Assembly (NCBI GenBank): GCA_013425405.1
Contig: JACCLF010000023.1
Span: forward strand, 1 to 49,566
Direction of reading: 5' to 3'
Origin: Candidatus Micrarchaeota archaeon
GTDB lineage: Archaea > Micrarchaeota > Micrarchaeia > Burarchaeales > Fermentimicrarchaeaceae
Length of the DNA stretch: 49,566 nt
How positions within the stretch are numbered: the stretch's first letter is position 1; each line of letters opens with the position of its first letter. The notes beneath the pieces are model-generated. The model was not told the DNA's origin and searched no databases. It saw nothing but the letters and a program-made list of their open reading frames with translations. The position numbers and the translations under genes are program-made. Below, piece after piece: positions 26,857 through 36,239 of this stretch.

Positions 26857-27933
26857 ATGCGTAATCTATGCATGAATAAAATTGCAGTGAAGGAAGAGAA
26901 GCCAGCAATGCCCGGAATACTGAAAGAAGATGATTTGCTCGAGAGAATCATGGCACCCAAAGCTGGCGAGGGAACGCTGTTTCAGAATTTTAAAAAGGAG
27001 ATAGCGGAAAACCTGCACATCAACTCAGGCTGCATGGCATTTGCAAGAAAAATGTGCGATGACCCCGACTTCTACAAATTTGTAGAAGGTGCATTGCTTG
27101 AAAGGGAGAAAAAAGGGTATAAGTACCAGGTTGGGAAAGATATCTACAGTTTTATGGAGACTGAGGTGTTCAACCTGCGCTCAGTTTTGTCTGAGATTTC
27201 TGGGAAAGGAGAATTCAGGTACGACAACCTGCCGTCAAGGATTTTGAGCAGCAAGGCGGGTTATTCTGACCTAAAGAAATGGACAGAAACCGACTACGAA
27301 GTAAAGCAGGAGTATTCGGCTCTTAATGAACTTTATGCCAAGCATTGCGAGAAGTTCAGGGAGGCGCTCGAAACCTGGACTCTGCATGGATATGTGCCGG
27401 ACCACAAGGCAGCCAAGTTTATGATAAGCCTTTTGAGAACTATGTGGGAGAAAAAGCTGTACGAGGGGGAATTCAAGTTTGCAGACATAGGAACTGGCTC
27501 TGGCGAGTTTTCTGACAAGTTCATATCTTTCATAGGGGAGAGATTCAATGGCTATAAAATCGTGAGAACGAACCCTGTGGAGCTCGAGATAAAAAGCCAG
27601 AAAGACCTGAGCGTGACGATTCATGATATAAGCAAGGAGTCACTTGGCGAGAAATTCAACCTTATACTGATTAAGGATGTTATGAAATTCTTTGAGAGAG
27701 GAGAAGCCCGAGGTAGAATTTGGGAGAATGTGAGGCAAAGCGCCTCTGAGGGGAGCATCGTCATATCAGGTGGAGGGGGGCAAGCGTTCAGGCCGCATGT
27801 TCTGTACAACAATGAGCTTATTGGGGTCGAACCAGAAGCATTTTTGGGGCAGTTGAAGAAAGTTAAGAATTATGCGGAGTATCTCAAAAATTTAAAAGAG
27901 ATAGTTAAGAATAGTGAATCCCATATTGTATAG
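26857..27933 (+). CDS. Hypothetical protein with C-terminal class I SAM-methyltransferase-like (CheR-like) domain
   Basis: FADIGTGSG, IHDI, LILIKDVMKFF, EGSIVISG. Confidence 0.6.
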   Translation: MRNLCMNKIAVKEEKPAMPGILKEDDLLERIMAPKAGEGTLFQNFKKEIAENLHINSGCMAFARKMCDDPDFYKFVEGALLEREKKGYKYQVGKDIYSFMETEVFNLRSVLSEISGKGEFRYDNLPSRILSSKAGYSDLKKWTETDYEVKQEYSALNELYAKHCEKFREALETWTLHGYVPDHKAAKFMISLLRTMWEKKLYEGEFKFADIGTGSGEFSDKFISFIGERFNGYKIVRTNPVELEIKSQKDLSVTIHDISKESLGEKFNLILIKDVMKFFERGEARGRIWENVRQSASEGSIVISGGGGQAFRPHVLYNNELIGVEPEAFLGQLKKVKNYAEYLKNLKEIVKNSESHIV

Positions 27934-27997
27934 GATATAATAGTTCGCAAAGATGGGTTTTTAATCCTTGGAACAGAAATAGTATCGAGGTGCTAGG

Positions 27998-28897
27998 ATG
28001 GACAGAATTGTGGAGTGCATACCCAACTTCAGTGAGGGAAAGAGGAAGGAAGTCATAGACAAAATTGCGGGTGAAATAAAGAAAGTAAAAGGAGTGAAGC
28101 TTCTTGATGTTGAGAGTGATGCGGACCACAACAGGAGCGTTGTCACATTCATCGGCGAGCCCGAGGCTGTTGCAGAGGCGGCATTTCTCGCAACGAAGAA
28201 GGCATCTGAATTGATCGACTTGAATCTCCACAGGGGGGAGCATCCTCGTATTGGCGCAACTGACGTCATCCCATTCGTTCCGATTTCGAATATCACGATG
28301 AATGAGTGCGTTGAGCTTGCAAGAAACGTTGGAAAGAGGATTGCAAGCGAATTGGGAATACCTGTTTACTTATATGAAGCAGCCGCGCTGAAGCCCGAAT
28401 GCACAAACCTTGCGGACATAAGGAAGGGGGAGTACGAATGCCTGAAGAATGAAATTGAGATGAACCCTAAGCGGAAGCCGGACTACGGGCCGGCAAAGCT
28501 CCACCCAACTGCGGGCGCAACAGTTGTGGGAGCGAGGGAGCCACTCATTGCATTCAACGTCAACCTTGCAACGAATGACATAGAGATTGCAAAGAAAATT
28601 GCGAATGCTGTGAGGTTCAGCTCCGGAGGCTTGAAGTGCGTTAAGGCAAAGGGGTTTGAAATCAAGAACAGGGGCATCGTTCAGGTTTCAATGAACCTAA
28701 CAAACTACAAGGAAACTCCTATTTTCAAGGCCTATGAAATGGTGAAAAATGAGGCCGAGAAGTGCGGTGTTAAAATAATAGGATGCGAGATAATAGGTTT
28801 GGTTCCCCTTGACGCAATCGCCGATGTTGCGAACTTCTACCTCAAGCTTGAGAACTTCAAGAATGAGCAGATACTTGAAAAAAGATTGTGGGAGTGA
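27998..28897 (+). CDS. ftcD: Glutamate formiminotransferase
   Basis: ECIPNFSEG, DHNRSV, HPRIGATDVIPF, HPTAGA, QVSMNL. Confidence 0.93.
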   Translation: MDRIVECIPNFSEGKRKEVIDKIAGEIKKVKGVKLLDVESDADHNRSVVTFIGEPEAVAEAAFLATKKASELIDLNLHRGEHPRIGATDVIPFVPISNITMNECVELARNVGKRIASELGIPVYLYEAAALKPECTNLADIRKGEYECLKNEIEMNPKRKPDYGPAKLHPTAGATVVGAREPLIAFNVNLATNDIEIAKKIANAVRFSSGGLKCVKAKGFEIKNRGIVQVSMNLTNYKETPIFKAYEMVKNEAEKCGVKIIGCEIIGLVPLDAIADVANFYLKLENFKNEQILEKRLWE

Positions 28898-28901
28898 TTG
28901 A

Positions 28902-29519
28902 ATGCTGAATGATATGAAAATGTATGAATTCCTTGATGAACTGGCCTCCTCCTCGCCTACGCCGGGGGGAGGGAGCGCATCCGCGCTGCTCTGCTCCATT
29001 GGAGCTTCACTGCTGTGCATGGTGTGCAGGCTGACCATTGGAAAGAAAGATTATGAGGAGAGCGAGGCGGAACTTAAGAAAGTTCTTGCAGAAGCAGAAA
29101 TTCTAAGGAAAAGAGCTGAGGGGCTTATTGATGAGGATGCAAGAGTTTTCAACGAGGTGATGGCAGCTTACCAAACTCCAAGGGACAACCCTCTGAGGCC
29201 CAACATAATTCAGGATGCGTTGAAGAATGCAAACTCCGTTCCTCTTCAAGTTGCCGAGATAGGGATACGAGTTCTGGAACTGTCCAAAGTTGTTGCATTC
29301 AAGGGGAATGTGAAATCGATAAGCGATGCAGGCGTCGCCGCTCTCGCTGCAGACGGTGGGGTGCGGGGCTCCATACTGAATGTGAGGATAAACATGCAAT
29401 CAATGAAGGAGGATATGTCGAAAGGGGAGTTGCTCACCAGGGTAAAGGGAATGGAAGAAAGAGCCAAGATTCTTTTCGATGAGGTGAACGGAGTCATCTC
29501 ATTCAAGCTTAGAAACTAG
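28902..29519 (+). CDS. Formiminotetrahydrofolate cyclodeaminase family protein
   Basis: PTPGGGSASA, LIDED, GNVKSISDAGV, NVRIN. Confidence 0.9.
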   Translation: MLNDMKMYEFLDELASSSPTPGGGSASALLCSIGASLLCMVCRLTIGKKDYEESEAELKKVLAEAEILRKRAEGLIDEDARVFNEVMAAYQTPRDNPLRPNIIQDALKNANSVPLQVAEIGIRVLELSKVVAFKGNVKSISDAGVAALAADGGVRGSILNVRINMQSMKEDMSKGELLTRVKGMEERAKILFDEVNGVISFKLRN

Positions 29520-30080
29520 CTGGTCCACCTGCTTTTTAATACTCTCTGCCTGCCTAGCGAAGGCAGATGCCTCTTCCAGCTCGCGTGAGAACAACTCTAT
29601 CTTCTCCAGCCTCTCTTTTGTGAATGCACAGCGGCATATCTCCATGTGCTCTGCCTTCACAAACTCCTGCGCTCTTTTCGCCTGCTCAATGGTCAGCCAG
29701 CCAAAGCTATTTACTTTTACATCGTATTTCATGAAGCGCCTCACATCCTCGCCAGTCATCCCTTGGATGAGAATTTCATCTCCTACCTTCCTAAGATTCG
29801 CCTTAAGCAGCGCCTTGAATGTATCTTCATTCGGGGAAAAGAAGTCCTTGCCTTTCTGGCTGGCAGTGATCTGTACTACACCGCCTCCCTCGTATTCCGC
29901 CCTCAAAGCGAATTTGTCCTCGCCGACTTTTCTGCTACTTTCCAGTACGATGAAGTGCTTGCTTATGGTTATGTCTGCCTCCCCGAGTTTCCCTCTAAAA
30001 AGCTTGTCCTTTTCATCAAAATTCAAAGTGACGGGTTTTTCGTCAACCATCAACTCGAATTTCTTTTTTGTAGTTGGCAT
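29499..30080 (-). CDS. Hypothetical protein (paralog of 30085-30705)
   Basis: Long ORF similar to the adjacent gene. Confidence 0.65.
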   Translation of the reverse strand: MPTTKKKFELMVDEKPVTLNFDEKDKLFRGKLGEADITISKHFIVLESSRKVGEDKFALRAEYEGGGVVQITASQKGKDFFSPNEDTFKALLKANLRKVGDEILIQGMTGEDVRRFMKYDVKVNSFGWLTIEQAKRAQEFVKAEHMEICRCAFTKERLEKIELFSRELEEASAFARQAESIKKQVDQLVSKLE

Positions 30081-30084
30081 GCTC

Positions 30085-30705
30085 TCAACCCAAACGTCTC
30101 CTCTGCAGCTCTAGGTTTTTAAGGTCCTCGGCTATAACTGGGTTGTTGGGGAGTGTTACGGCTTCGTTGAAAACCCTGCCTGCCCGCATTATCGCTTTCT
30201 CAAAAATCAATATATGCGTCAATTGCTCCTTTGAATCATCTTCAATTTTAATTTCACCGGCAGCTGCGGAATCAGCCGCTTTTTTTATATGGCTTAGATT
30301 CAAAAAACCATTTCCGTCGACTTCAATCCTGCTAGCGAGTTTCCCCATATCTGTTTTGTCAATTTTTGCTGAAACAAAAAAGTTTTTGCCATGCACACTT
30401 ACGCTCTTGGATATTATCAAATGGGGGAACCTGCCTCTCAAACTTGCCTTTGACACCGACATATCCATTTCGAAAGTTTCTGCATCTGCGGGCTTGCATT
30501 TCATTGTCCATTCTGCCTTCTTTATCCCTACATTATCCAGGTTGGTTTTTCCTTTCACAATTACCATATGCTTGGCAACAAACACCTTCAATTCCCCAGC
30601 CTTATACTCGAAACAGTTTTCGTGCTTATAGACTTTCTTCAGATTCTCCCCGTCAAGTACTGGTTGTTCTTCCTTCCTCATTTTGAACATGATGGTATTT
30701 TGCAA
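30085..30705 (-). CDS. Hypothetical protein (start uncertain)
   Basis: Long ORF, 4-nt gap to the downstream paralog. Confidence 0.65.
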   Translation of the reverse strand: MQNTIMFKMRKEEQPVLDGENLKKVYKHENCFEYKAGELKVFVAKHMVIVKGKTNLDNVGIKKAEWTMKCKPADAETFEMDMSVSKASLRGRFPHLIISKSVSVHGKNFFVSAKIDKTDMGKLASRIEVDGNGFLNLSHIKKAADSAAAGEIKIEDDSKEQLTHILIFEKAIMRAGRVFNEAVTLPNNPVIAEDLKNLELQRRRLG

Positions 30706-30770
30706 AATCCCTTTAATAATTCTAACCTTCTTAAATTATCTTAGAATTTCTAATAAAGTTTTAGATTATA

Positions 30771-31230
30771 TCAAAACATCCCGAGCTTTGACCTTTTCCT
30801 TATCGACTCCAGCAAATCCCTAGGTTCAAGCAGGCTGACCTCTGTTTCCCATCTATCCATCTGGGTGTTACGCCATTCCCTCCTCTTGGGAGCCGCCTCA
30901 TCATGAAACGCACTTTCAATTTTCTCATTGCCTGCCCTTCTCCCGATAACCCACGCTGCCTTTATGAGCTGCTGAGAGATTTTATAGCCTTCCTCGTTTT
31001 TCAGCCAGGGAGTGTTTTCAAGAACTGCTGTTTTCTTTCTGAATTCTGGCTCCACATAGAGCCATCCCATACGCGGCGGCTGGGTTAAATCCAATCTGAT
31101 GAATCCCATTGGTTTGTCATCGGAAAGAGCTAATATGACTAACCGAGATTGCCTCTATAACTGCCCCTTTCTCCTCCAAAGTGACATCCGATGTCCCCAG
31201 GACATATATTGGGATGGGCTTCTCTTCCAT
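30771..31230 (-). pseudogene. GNAT-like gene with disrupted 5' end
   Basis: LYVEPEFRKK motif-A-like segment; frame closed by TAG at 31155-31157; out-of-frame ATG at 31230. Confidence 0.4.
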
Positions 31231-31300
31231 GCTATAATTGCTCAAAGACGGTTATTAAGCAATAGTTACCATTTAATATTTCCAGTGAGATAAATTACAC

Positions 31301-31702
31301 GTGAGAAAGGAGAAGCAGAAGTCCATTGAAGTATCAGTCGAAAGTGCCAGCCAGGAGGATATGCCGACTGTCATCCATCTTTATAACAGTAAAAAACATA
31401 CCGCAGATACTTGCGGAGTGGGTCCTGCCAATACGTATATTGCGGAAACCGTAAATGGCACAATAGCGGGGGCCTTGTCGGTTTTCACAAGGGGAGGAGT
31501 GCCTATTATCAAAAACTTGGCGGTTGATAGTGAATTTGAGGGAATGGGTGTGGGAAGGCAGCTTTTTGAGCATGTTATTGATGAACTCAAAAAACAGGGC
31601 TACCATTACATAATCGTGGCCCATAAAAATATGAATCAGGGATTCTATTCAAAATTTGGTTTCAAGGAACTGAATCCTTCTGAAATGGTGCTTGCGGTAT
31701 GA
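31301..31702 (+). CDS. GNAT family N-acetyltransferase
   Basis: LAVDSEFEGMGVGRQL, FYSKFGF. Confidence 0.85.
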   Translation: MRKEKQKSIEVSVESASQEDMPTVIHLYNSKKHTADTCGVGPANTYIAETVNGTIAGALSVFTRGGVPIIKNLAVDSEFEGMGVGRQLFEHVIDELKKQGYHYIIVAHKNMNQGFYSKFGFKELNPSEMVLAV

Positions 31703-31993
31703 ATGCAAAAAATCAGAGTTTATTGGAATTAAGAGGGATCAGCGGGAAATTGTAATGAGAACGCATATTTAGGAGTTTGAAATTTCCCCCCGAATTTCAA
31801 GCCAAATTTCAAACCTTTTTCCAGCAGCCTGAAAAACCATTTTCACAAACCAATTTGTTTCATAAACATGGAATTTGATGCTCATGGGTGAAGCAAGCCA
31901 GCTTCCAAGGCAAAAGAGGGGTGAAAAAAGCGATTACGACGGGGAGGTTGATTATGGATTTGTATATAACATTTTTATATAGGAAGTAACTAA

Positions 31994-32389
31994 ATGAATT
32001 ACATGGTTGTGAGAACTGAGAAGCCAAAGGGTATTATTTCAAAGATATTAGAAGTTTCTATCTCACCAGAGAAGATGGAGAAACCAATCGAAATTCGTAA
32101 TGAGAAGACACAACTATTCCTTAATATTTTTTTTATTATTCTCCTCTCTCTTATTTTGTTGGGCGGGGCGTATTACCTCACCCAAAACTGGTTGATTGCC
32201 GTGATTATGGTGCCGCTGCTCATTCTTGTTATTACAATATTTCGTAAAGTAAAGCATATGTCTCTGAGTAAAGCAGTTGGCACAGCAGCAGTTTTAATCT
32301 TGGTACTGTTGTTAGGGGTGATTGCATGGTACCTCACCATAATCGCACTAATTGCTCTATTGTGGTATGCGGGAAAAGGTAGCTCATGA
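31994..32389 (+). CDS. Hypothetical membrane protein
   Basis: Several hydrophobic helices. Confidence 0.6.
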   Translation: MNYMVVRTEKPKGIISKILEVSISPEKMEKPIEIRNEKTQLFLNIFFIILLSLILLGGAYYLTQNWLIAVIMVPLLILVITIFRKVKHMSLSKAVGTAAVLILVLLLGVIAWYLTIIALIALLWYAGKGSS

Positions 32390-32407
32390 AATAAATTAGG
32401 TGGTTGA

Positions 32408-32596
32408 ATGAAAGAAAAAGAAACCCAAATCTACAAATTCGGGAGAGGGGGCTCATGCATCTACATCCCCATGGACATTTTCAAGGACAGCGCATTCCCC
32501 TTTGAAATAAACGAGAAGGTGAGGATGAGGATTGATGGAAGGAAGTTGATTATTGAGAAGCTGAAGGAAGAGGTGAAAGAAACTCAAACCCCGTAG
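32408..32596 (+). CDS. AbrB/MazE-like small protein
   Basis: SCIYIP...FPFEINEKVRMRIDGRKLIIEK. Confidence 0.7.
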   Translation: MKEKETQIYKFGRGGSCIYIPMDIFKDSAFPFEINEKVRMRIDGRKLIIEKLKEEVKETQTP

Positions 32597-34501
32597 TCAT
32601 TTCTCTTCATATGCGCTCCTTTCGAGTATTCCATCCAGTTTATTCAAATAATCGCCGTAATCCTCAACTTTTACGCATTCTTCTAGGAATTTTTTAAAGT
32701 CAACCTTCACAAGCTCTCCGTTATGCATCACATGGGCCTTGTAAGCTGACTCGTGCGGGACGAAAAGTGTGCTTCCGGAAACAATCACGCCGCCCTCTGC
32801 AAGCGCCGAGGTTACATTACCCCAGATGGTTCCTTTTGAATCAGTATCAAAGAATTTCATAACATCTTTTGTTATAATCAGTTGGCATTTCCCCCCAAGG
32901 TTGACCATCTCTCCCAGAGGGCCTCTTGTGGCATCATAGATGGCGACGAATTTCTTTAGCCCTTCTTCAATTTCGATTTCAGATGGGTTTGTGAGTATTA
33001 CTTTGGGGTTCTTGAAATTCTCATTTATATAATCAACAAAGCACTTTGAGAATAATCCTGAGGAAGTCCCCACATCAACAAACATGAATTGCCATTGGAA
33101 GAGATGTTTTTCTTTCGCAATTTCCAGGAAGGAGTTTATGAATTCCGTAGCCTCATCTGCTCGTATATTCTTGGTTTGGGTCAGGGTTTCGATTCTTCTT
33201 CCGAACTGCCCTTTGTATTCCGCCCAGATTGCATCTAGAGCAGACGACTCCCCAACCACCTCCTGGCGGGATTCTGCAACTTTCTTCAGGTCTAGGTATC
33301 TTATCATGGTGACATTCGCAAGCTCTGGGAAGCCGCCTGATTTTTCTGCAATATCCGGAGCATAGTATGGGATGGGAGGCTTGTTTTCAGAAGCTCTGAA
33401 ATCATTGAGCATCTTAATTGGGTCCAGCAACAATTCCGCGTGGGAGAACAGGTCGTAATAGCCCTTGCTTCTCCTCTCAGAGACTGAGCTTTCGATAAGA
33501 AGACAGAATCCCTCATCCTCCGACATCTTTTTGGCGAATGCAACAGCACCGGCATGCCAGCTAAGATTGGAGCTAACCTCAATTTTGAAGTTTCGGTATG
33601 GTTCTGAGCCACTCTCAGGGGACAGAGCTTTCTGGAATGGGTCGCTTTTCCTCTCAAAATCCTTTAGGTATTTTATGAATTCATCTACTGTGTCTTTTGG
33701 TGCCACTTCGTAATTGGTTTCAAGGAGGAGCTGTTTTAATTTATCGGAGATTGTTTTGAGCGTCCATTCGGGCTTGTCATAGACGAAAAGCTTCTTATCA
33801 CTTGGCAAACCTATAGAGAAATCAGGTGCCTCAACCTCATCATACTTAGTTTCAAGATTGGGCAGAATTTTTGATAGATCATTAACAATTGTAGTGAATT
33901 GTTCCTTACTGGGCGGGTGTTCTTTCTTGTTCATTAGCACTACAAATATTTCAAAGAGATGCTCGGGGTTTATTCCTCTTTCAACACAAACCTTGCCCAA
34001 TTCCACACATTGCGCAAGTCCATCCCCAACAGCATTTGCAAGTTCTGCCGTGACCTTGATTACATTGTCTTCATTAATTCTCACCGAGGGGGTGAACGCC
34101 CTCCTATTCCAGTTGTTAAGTCTCTCAATAAGGGGGAGGGATTTAAGGAGTTGTTCGGGTGAGGTGGTTCGTGATAATTTTTCAGTATTCTTAAGAAGCC
34201 ACTGATCTGGAGATTTTTCCAGCTCTTCCACGATTCTGTTAAGAGTCTCCTCCTCGCCTTTGTGCTTGGAGAGATTTGCTATGATTAACACTGCATCTGA
34301 CGGATTTTCCTTTTTTGCCGAGATGCGCTCGCATATCAATGCAGCCCTCTCAAGAAGTTTTTCATCCATCCCCCTGCATGCTTCGCTCACTTCCTTAGAA
34401 GTGAAACTCTCCACTCGTGTGAGGAGCATGTCATTCTTGCTCTTTATAACATCGAGCGGGTTTTCCTTTTGCGGTTTCTGAGCTATGTCGCCCATATTCA
34501 C
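32597..34501 (-). CDS. Hypothetical protein: helical N-terminus plus SAM-methyltransferase-like C-terminus (paralog of 26857-27933)
   Basis: FVDVGTSSG, IITKDVMKFF, EGGVIVSG. Confidence 0.6.
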   Translation of the reverse strand: MNMGDIAQKPQKENPLDVIKSKNDMLLTRVESFTSKEVSEACRGMDEKLLERAALICERISAKKENPSDAVLIIANLSKHKGEEETLNRIVEELEKSPDQWLLKNTEKLSRTTSPEQLLKSLPLIERLNNWNRRAFTPSVRINEDNVIKVTAELANAVGDGLAQCVELGKVCVERGINPEHLFEIFVVLMNKKEHPPSKEQFTTIVNDLSKILPNLETKYDEVEAPDFSIGLPSDKKLFVYDKPEWTLKTISDKLKQLLLETNYEVAPKDTVDEFIKYLKDFERKSDPFQKALSPESGSEPYRNFKIEVSSNLSWHAGAVAFAKKMSEDEGFCLLIESSVSERRSKGYYDLFSHAELLLDPIKMLNDFRASENKPPIPYYAPDIAEKSGGFPELANVTMIRYLDLKKVAESRQEVVGESSALDAIWAEYKGQFGRRIETLTQTKNIRADEATEFINSFLEIAKEKHLFQWQFMFVDVGTSSGLFSKCFVDYINENFKNPKVILTNPSEIEIEEGLKKFVAIYDATRGPLGEMVNLGGKCQLIITKDVMKFFDTDSKGTIWGNVTSALAEGGVIVSGSTLFVPHESAYKAHVMHNGELVKVDFKKFLEECVKVEDYGDYLNKLDGILERSAYEEK

Positions 34502-34552
34502 CAGTTAAATTACGAGTTTATAGTATATTAAAGTTTTGAGAAGAAATTCTTT

Positions 34553-34650
34553 TATAATCTAAAACTATATTGGAATTTCTAAAACTATTTATGCTATGGA
34601 TGGTTCGGCAGGGGGAGAATTGATGATTTCTAATATAGTTTTAGTATTTC
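34553..34650. repeat. AT-rich inverted/direct repeat cluster (CTAAAACTATATTRGAA)
   Basis: Inverted pair at ~34559 and ~34629; related copy at 30741-30770. Confidence 0.5.
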
Positions 34651-34698
34651 TAAAAGATATTTGGAATAACGGGAAGGGCCCCTCTGAGCCCTATGCGT

Positions 34699-35898
34699 CT
34701 ATTCCTCTTCCTTCTTCTTTCGAACCTTTTTCTCCTCTGGAAGCTTCTCCTGCAGGAGAATGTTGGGGACTCTCTTGCTCCTCCTTGTGTATTCGCCGGC
34801 TGCAACTGCCAGAATGCCCGGTATGAGGAGCAGGAGTAGCTCGTAAAGCCACTTTAAGGTTGGATTGTTGCTGTAGAGGAAGTCGTTGAATCCTATGAGG
34901 AATACTCCAACGGCAGGAGCGAGCAGCACAACCCCGCATAGGAACATTGATGTGGTGAAGCCTGTTGTCTCTTCCCCATCCTTGCTTGCGAGATTATCGC
35001 CAATGAGGGAGAATGCAATTCCAAGAACTGCGTACACTGCAGATTCAATAAACCAGTTTATGCTCTTTGTTCCGTAGTCTCTGTATATCCAGTCAAAGGA
35101 ATAGAAGATGTACACTCCGAGCATCATGAGCAGGAAAACCACTCCGAGAGAAGCTGTGGGGAAGGAGAAAATTGATTTCGTCACTCCTTCTTCCCTCTTT
35201 ATCTTCTCGCTCGTTTTGAGGAGGAAGTAGGCCATGAAGCCGAAGATGAATGTCTCAATGAGCCAGGCAAGACTCTGCCGGTAGTCTGTATAGTTTGTCA
35301 AATATAGGAATGAGTGGAAGCCGGATACAAAGAGAAGGAAAGTTGAGAGCAGCAGAAAAACTCCGAGAGGAGTTGTTGCAGAGGGAATTGTTGAGTGCGT
35401 TTCATTGGCCTCCTTTCTAGTGTACTCCGCACCGTACATCAGGCCGAGCCCAATTATGCCGTATACAACGAACTGAATCAGCCAGCCGTACTGCTGCCCG
35501 AAGGTTGGTGGCTTAGTGGTTTCGTATGTTGTGAATGTGAGCAGGTCATGCAAGCCCATCACAAGGCTGTAGAGGCTCATGAAGAGAAAGATTATTCCGA
35601 CAATTGCAAGGATAGTTGGGATGTTTGCCTTTATTTTCTCTCTCAAATCACTAAGAGACCAGAGGAATATGATGATTCCAATGATGAAGGAAACAAGAAA
35701 ACCTGCCGATGCAAGCGGGTTGTATACATGGTAGCGGCCGCCTGCTGCGATATTCCCAGCCATTTCAGTCCCACCACCCGTTCCTCCAGCAGGCGTCATT
35801 TCTGCAGGGCTGAGAACCCCGAGGTAGAAGAAACTCATACCGAAAAACGCCACGAAAACTAAAGCAACAACTACCAACCATATGGGTTTGTTTTCCAT
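34699..35898 (-). CDS. Polytopic membrane protein with four internal repeats
   Basis: Start MENKPIW; repeated TM-hairpin units with a W(L/F)I(E/Q)-type motif. Confidence 0.75.
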   Translation of the reverse strand: MENKPIWLVVVALVFVAFFGMSFFYLGVLSPAEMTPAGGTGGGTEMAGNIAAGGRYHVYNPLASAGFLVSFIIGIIIFLWSLSDLREKIKANIPTILAIVGIIFLFMSLYSLVMGLHDLLTFTTYETTKPPTFGQQYGWLIQFVVYGIIGLGLMYGAEYTRKEANETHSTIPSATTPLGVFLLLSTFLLFVSGFHSFLYLTNYTDYRQSLAWLIETFIFGFMAYFLLKTSEKIKREEGVTKSIFSFPTASLGVVFLLMMLGVYIFYSFDWIYRDYGTKSINWFIESAVYAVLGIAFSLIGDNLASKDGEETTGFTTSMFLCGVVLLAPAVGVFLIGFNDFLYSNNPTLKWLYELLLLLIPGILAVAAGEYTRRSKRVPNILLQEKLPEEKKVRKKKEEE

Positions 35899-35948
35899 TG
35901 GAACCACCAAGTAGGTATACAGAAATGTAGTTATTATTCCTTTCCGTT

Positions 35949-36137
35949 TCATTCGGTCTTTCTCTTGAAATGGATGGCGCCATGAGGGCAGTTGAGTGCG
36001 CATACCTTGCAGCCTGTGCATGCTGAGGGTTTTACAATTGTCGGGTTGTCCAAAGTGAGTTCAAAAACTCCTGCCGGGCAGGCTGAGACGCACGCGCCGC
36101 ATGATGCACAGCGTCTTTTTTCAATGTTTGGGAGCAT
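35949..36137 (-). CDS. 2x[4Fe-4S] ferredoxin
   Basis: CASCGACVSACP and CTGCKVCALNCP. Confidence 0.9.
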   Translation of the reverse strand: MLPNIEKRRCASCGACVSACPAGVFELTLDNPTIVKPSACTGCKVCALNCPHGAIHFKRKTE

Positions 36138-36239
36138 GAGGTGTTTTTTGTTGAGCAGGTATTTATGCATTTGTCAGTAATGCTTATATAATCCAAGAAA
36201 ATAAAATTTCTGGGTGAACTTGTTTACGGAGGTGGGCAC

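Noticed and set aside
20144-34501. Provirus
   Set aside because: No recognisable capsid, terminase, portal or integrase genes; core genes are interspersed
34553-34670. Replication origin or dif site
   Set aside because: No ORB-like G-string motif, no orc1/cdc6 nearby, and no clear 11-6-11 dif geometry
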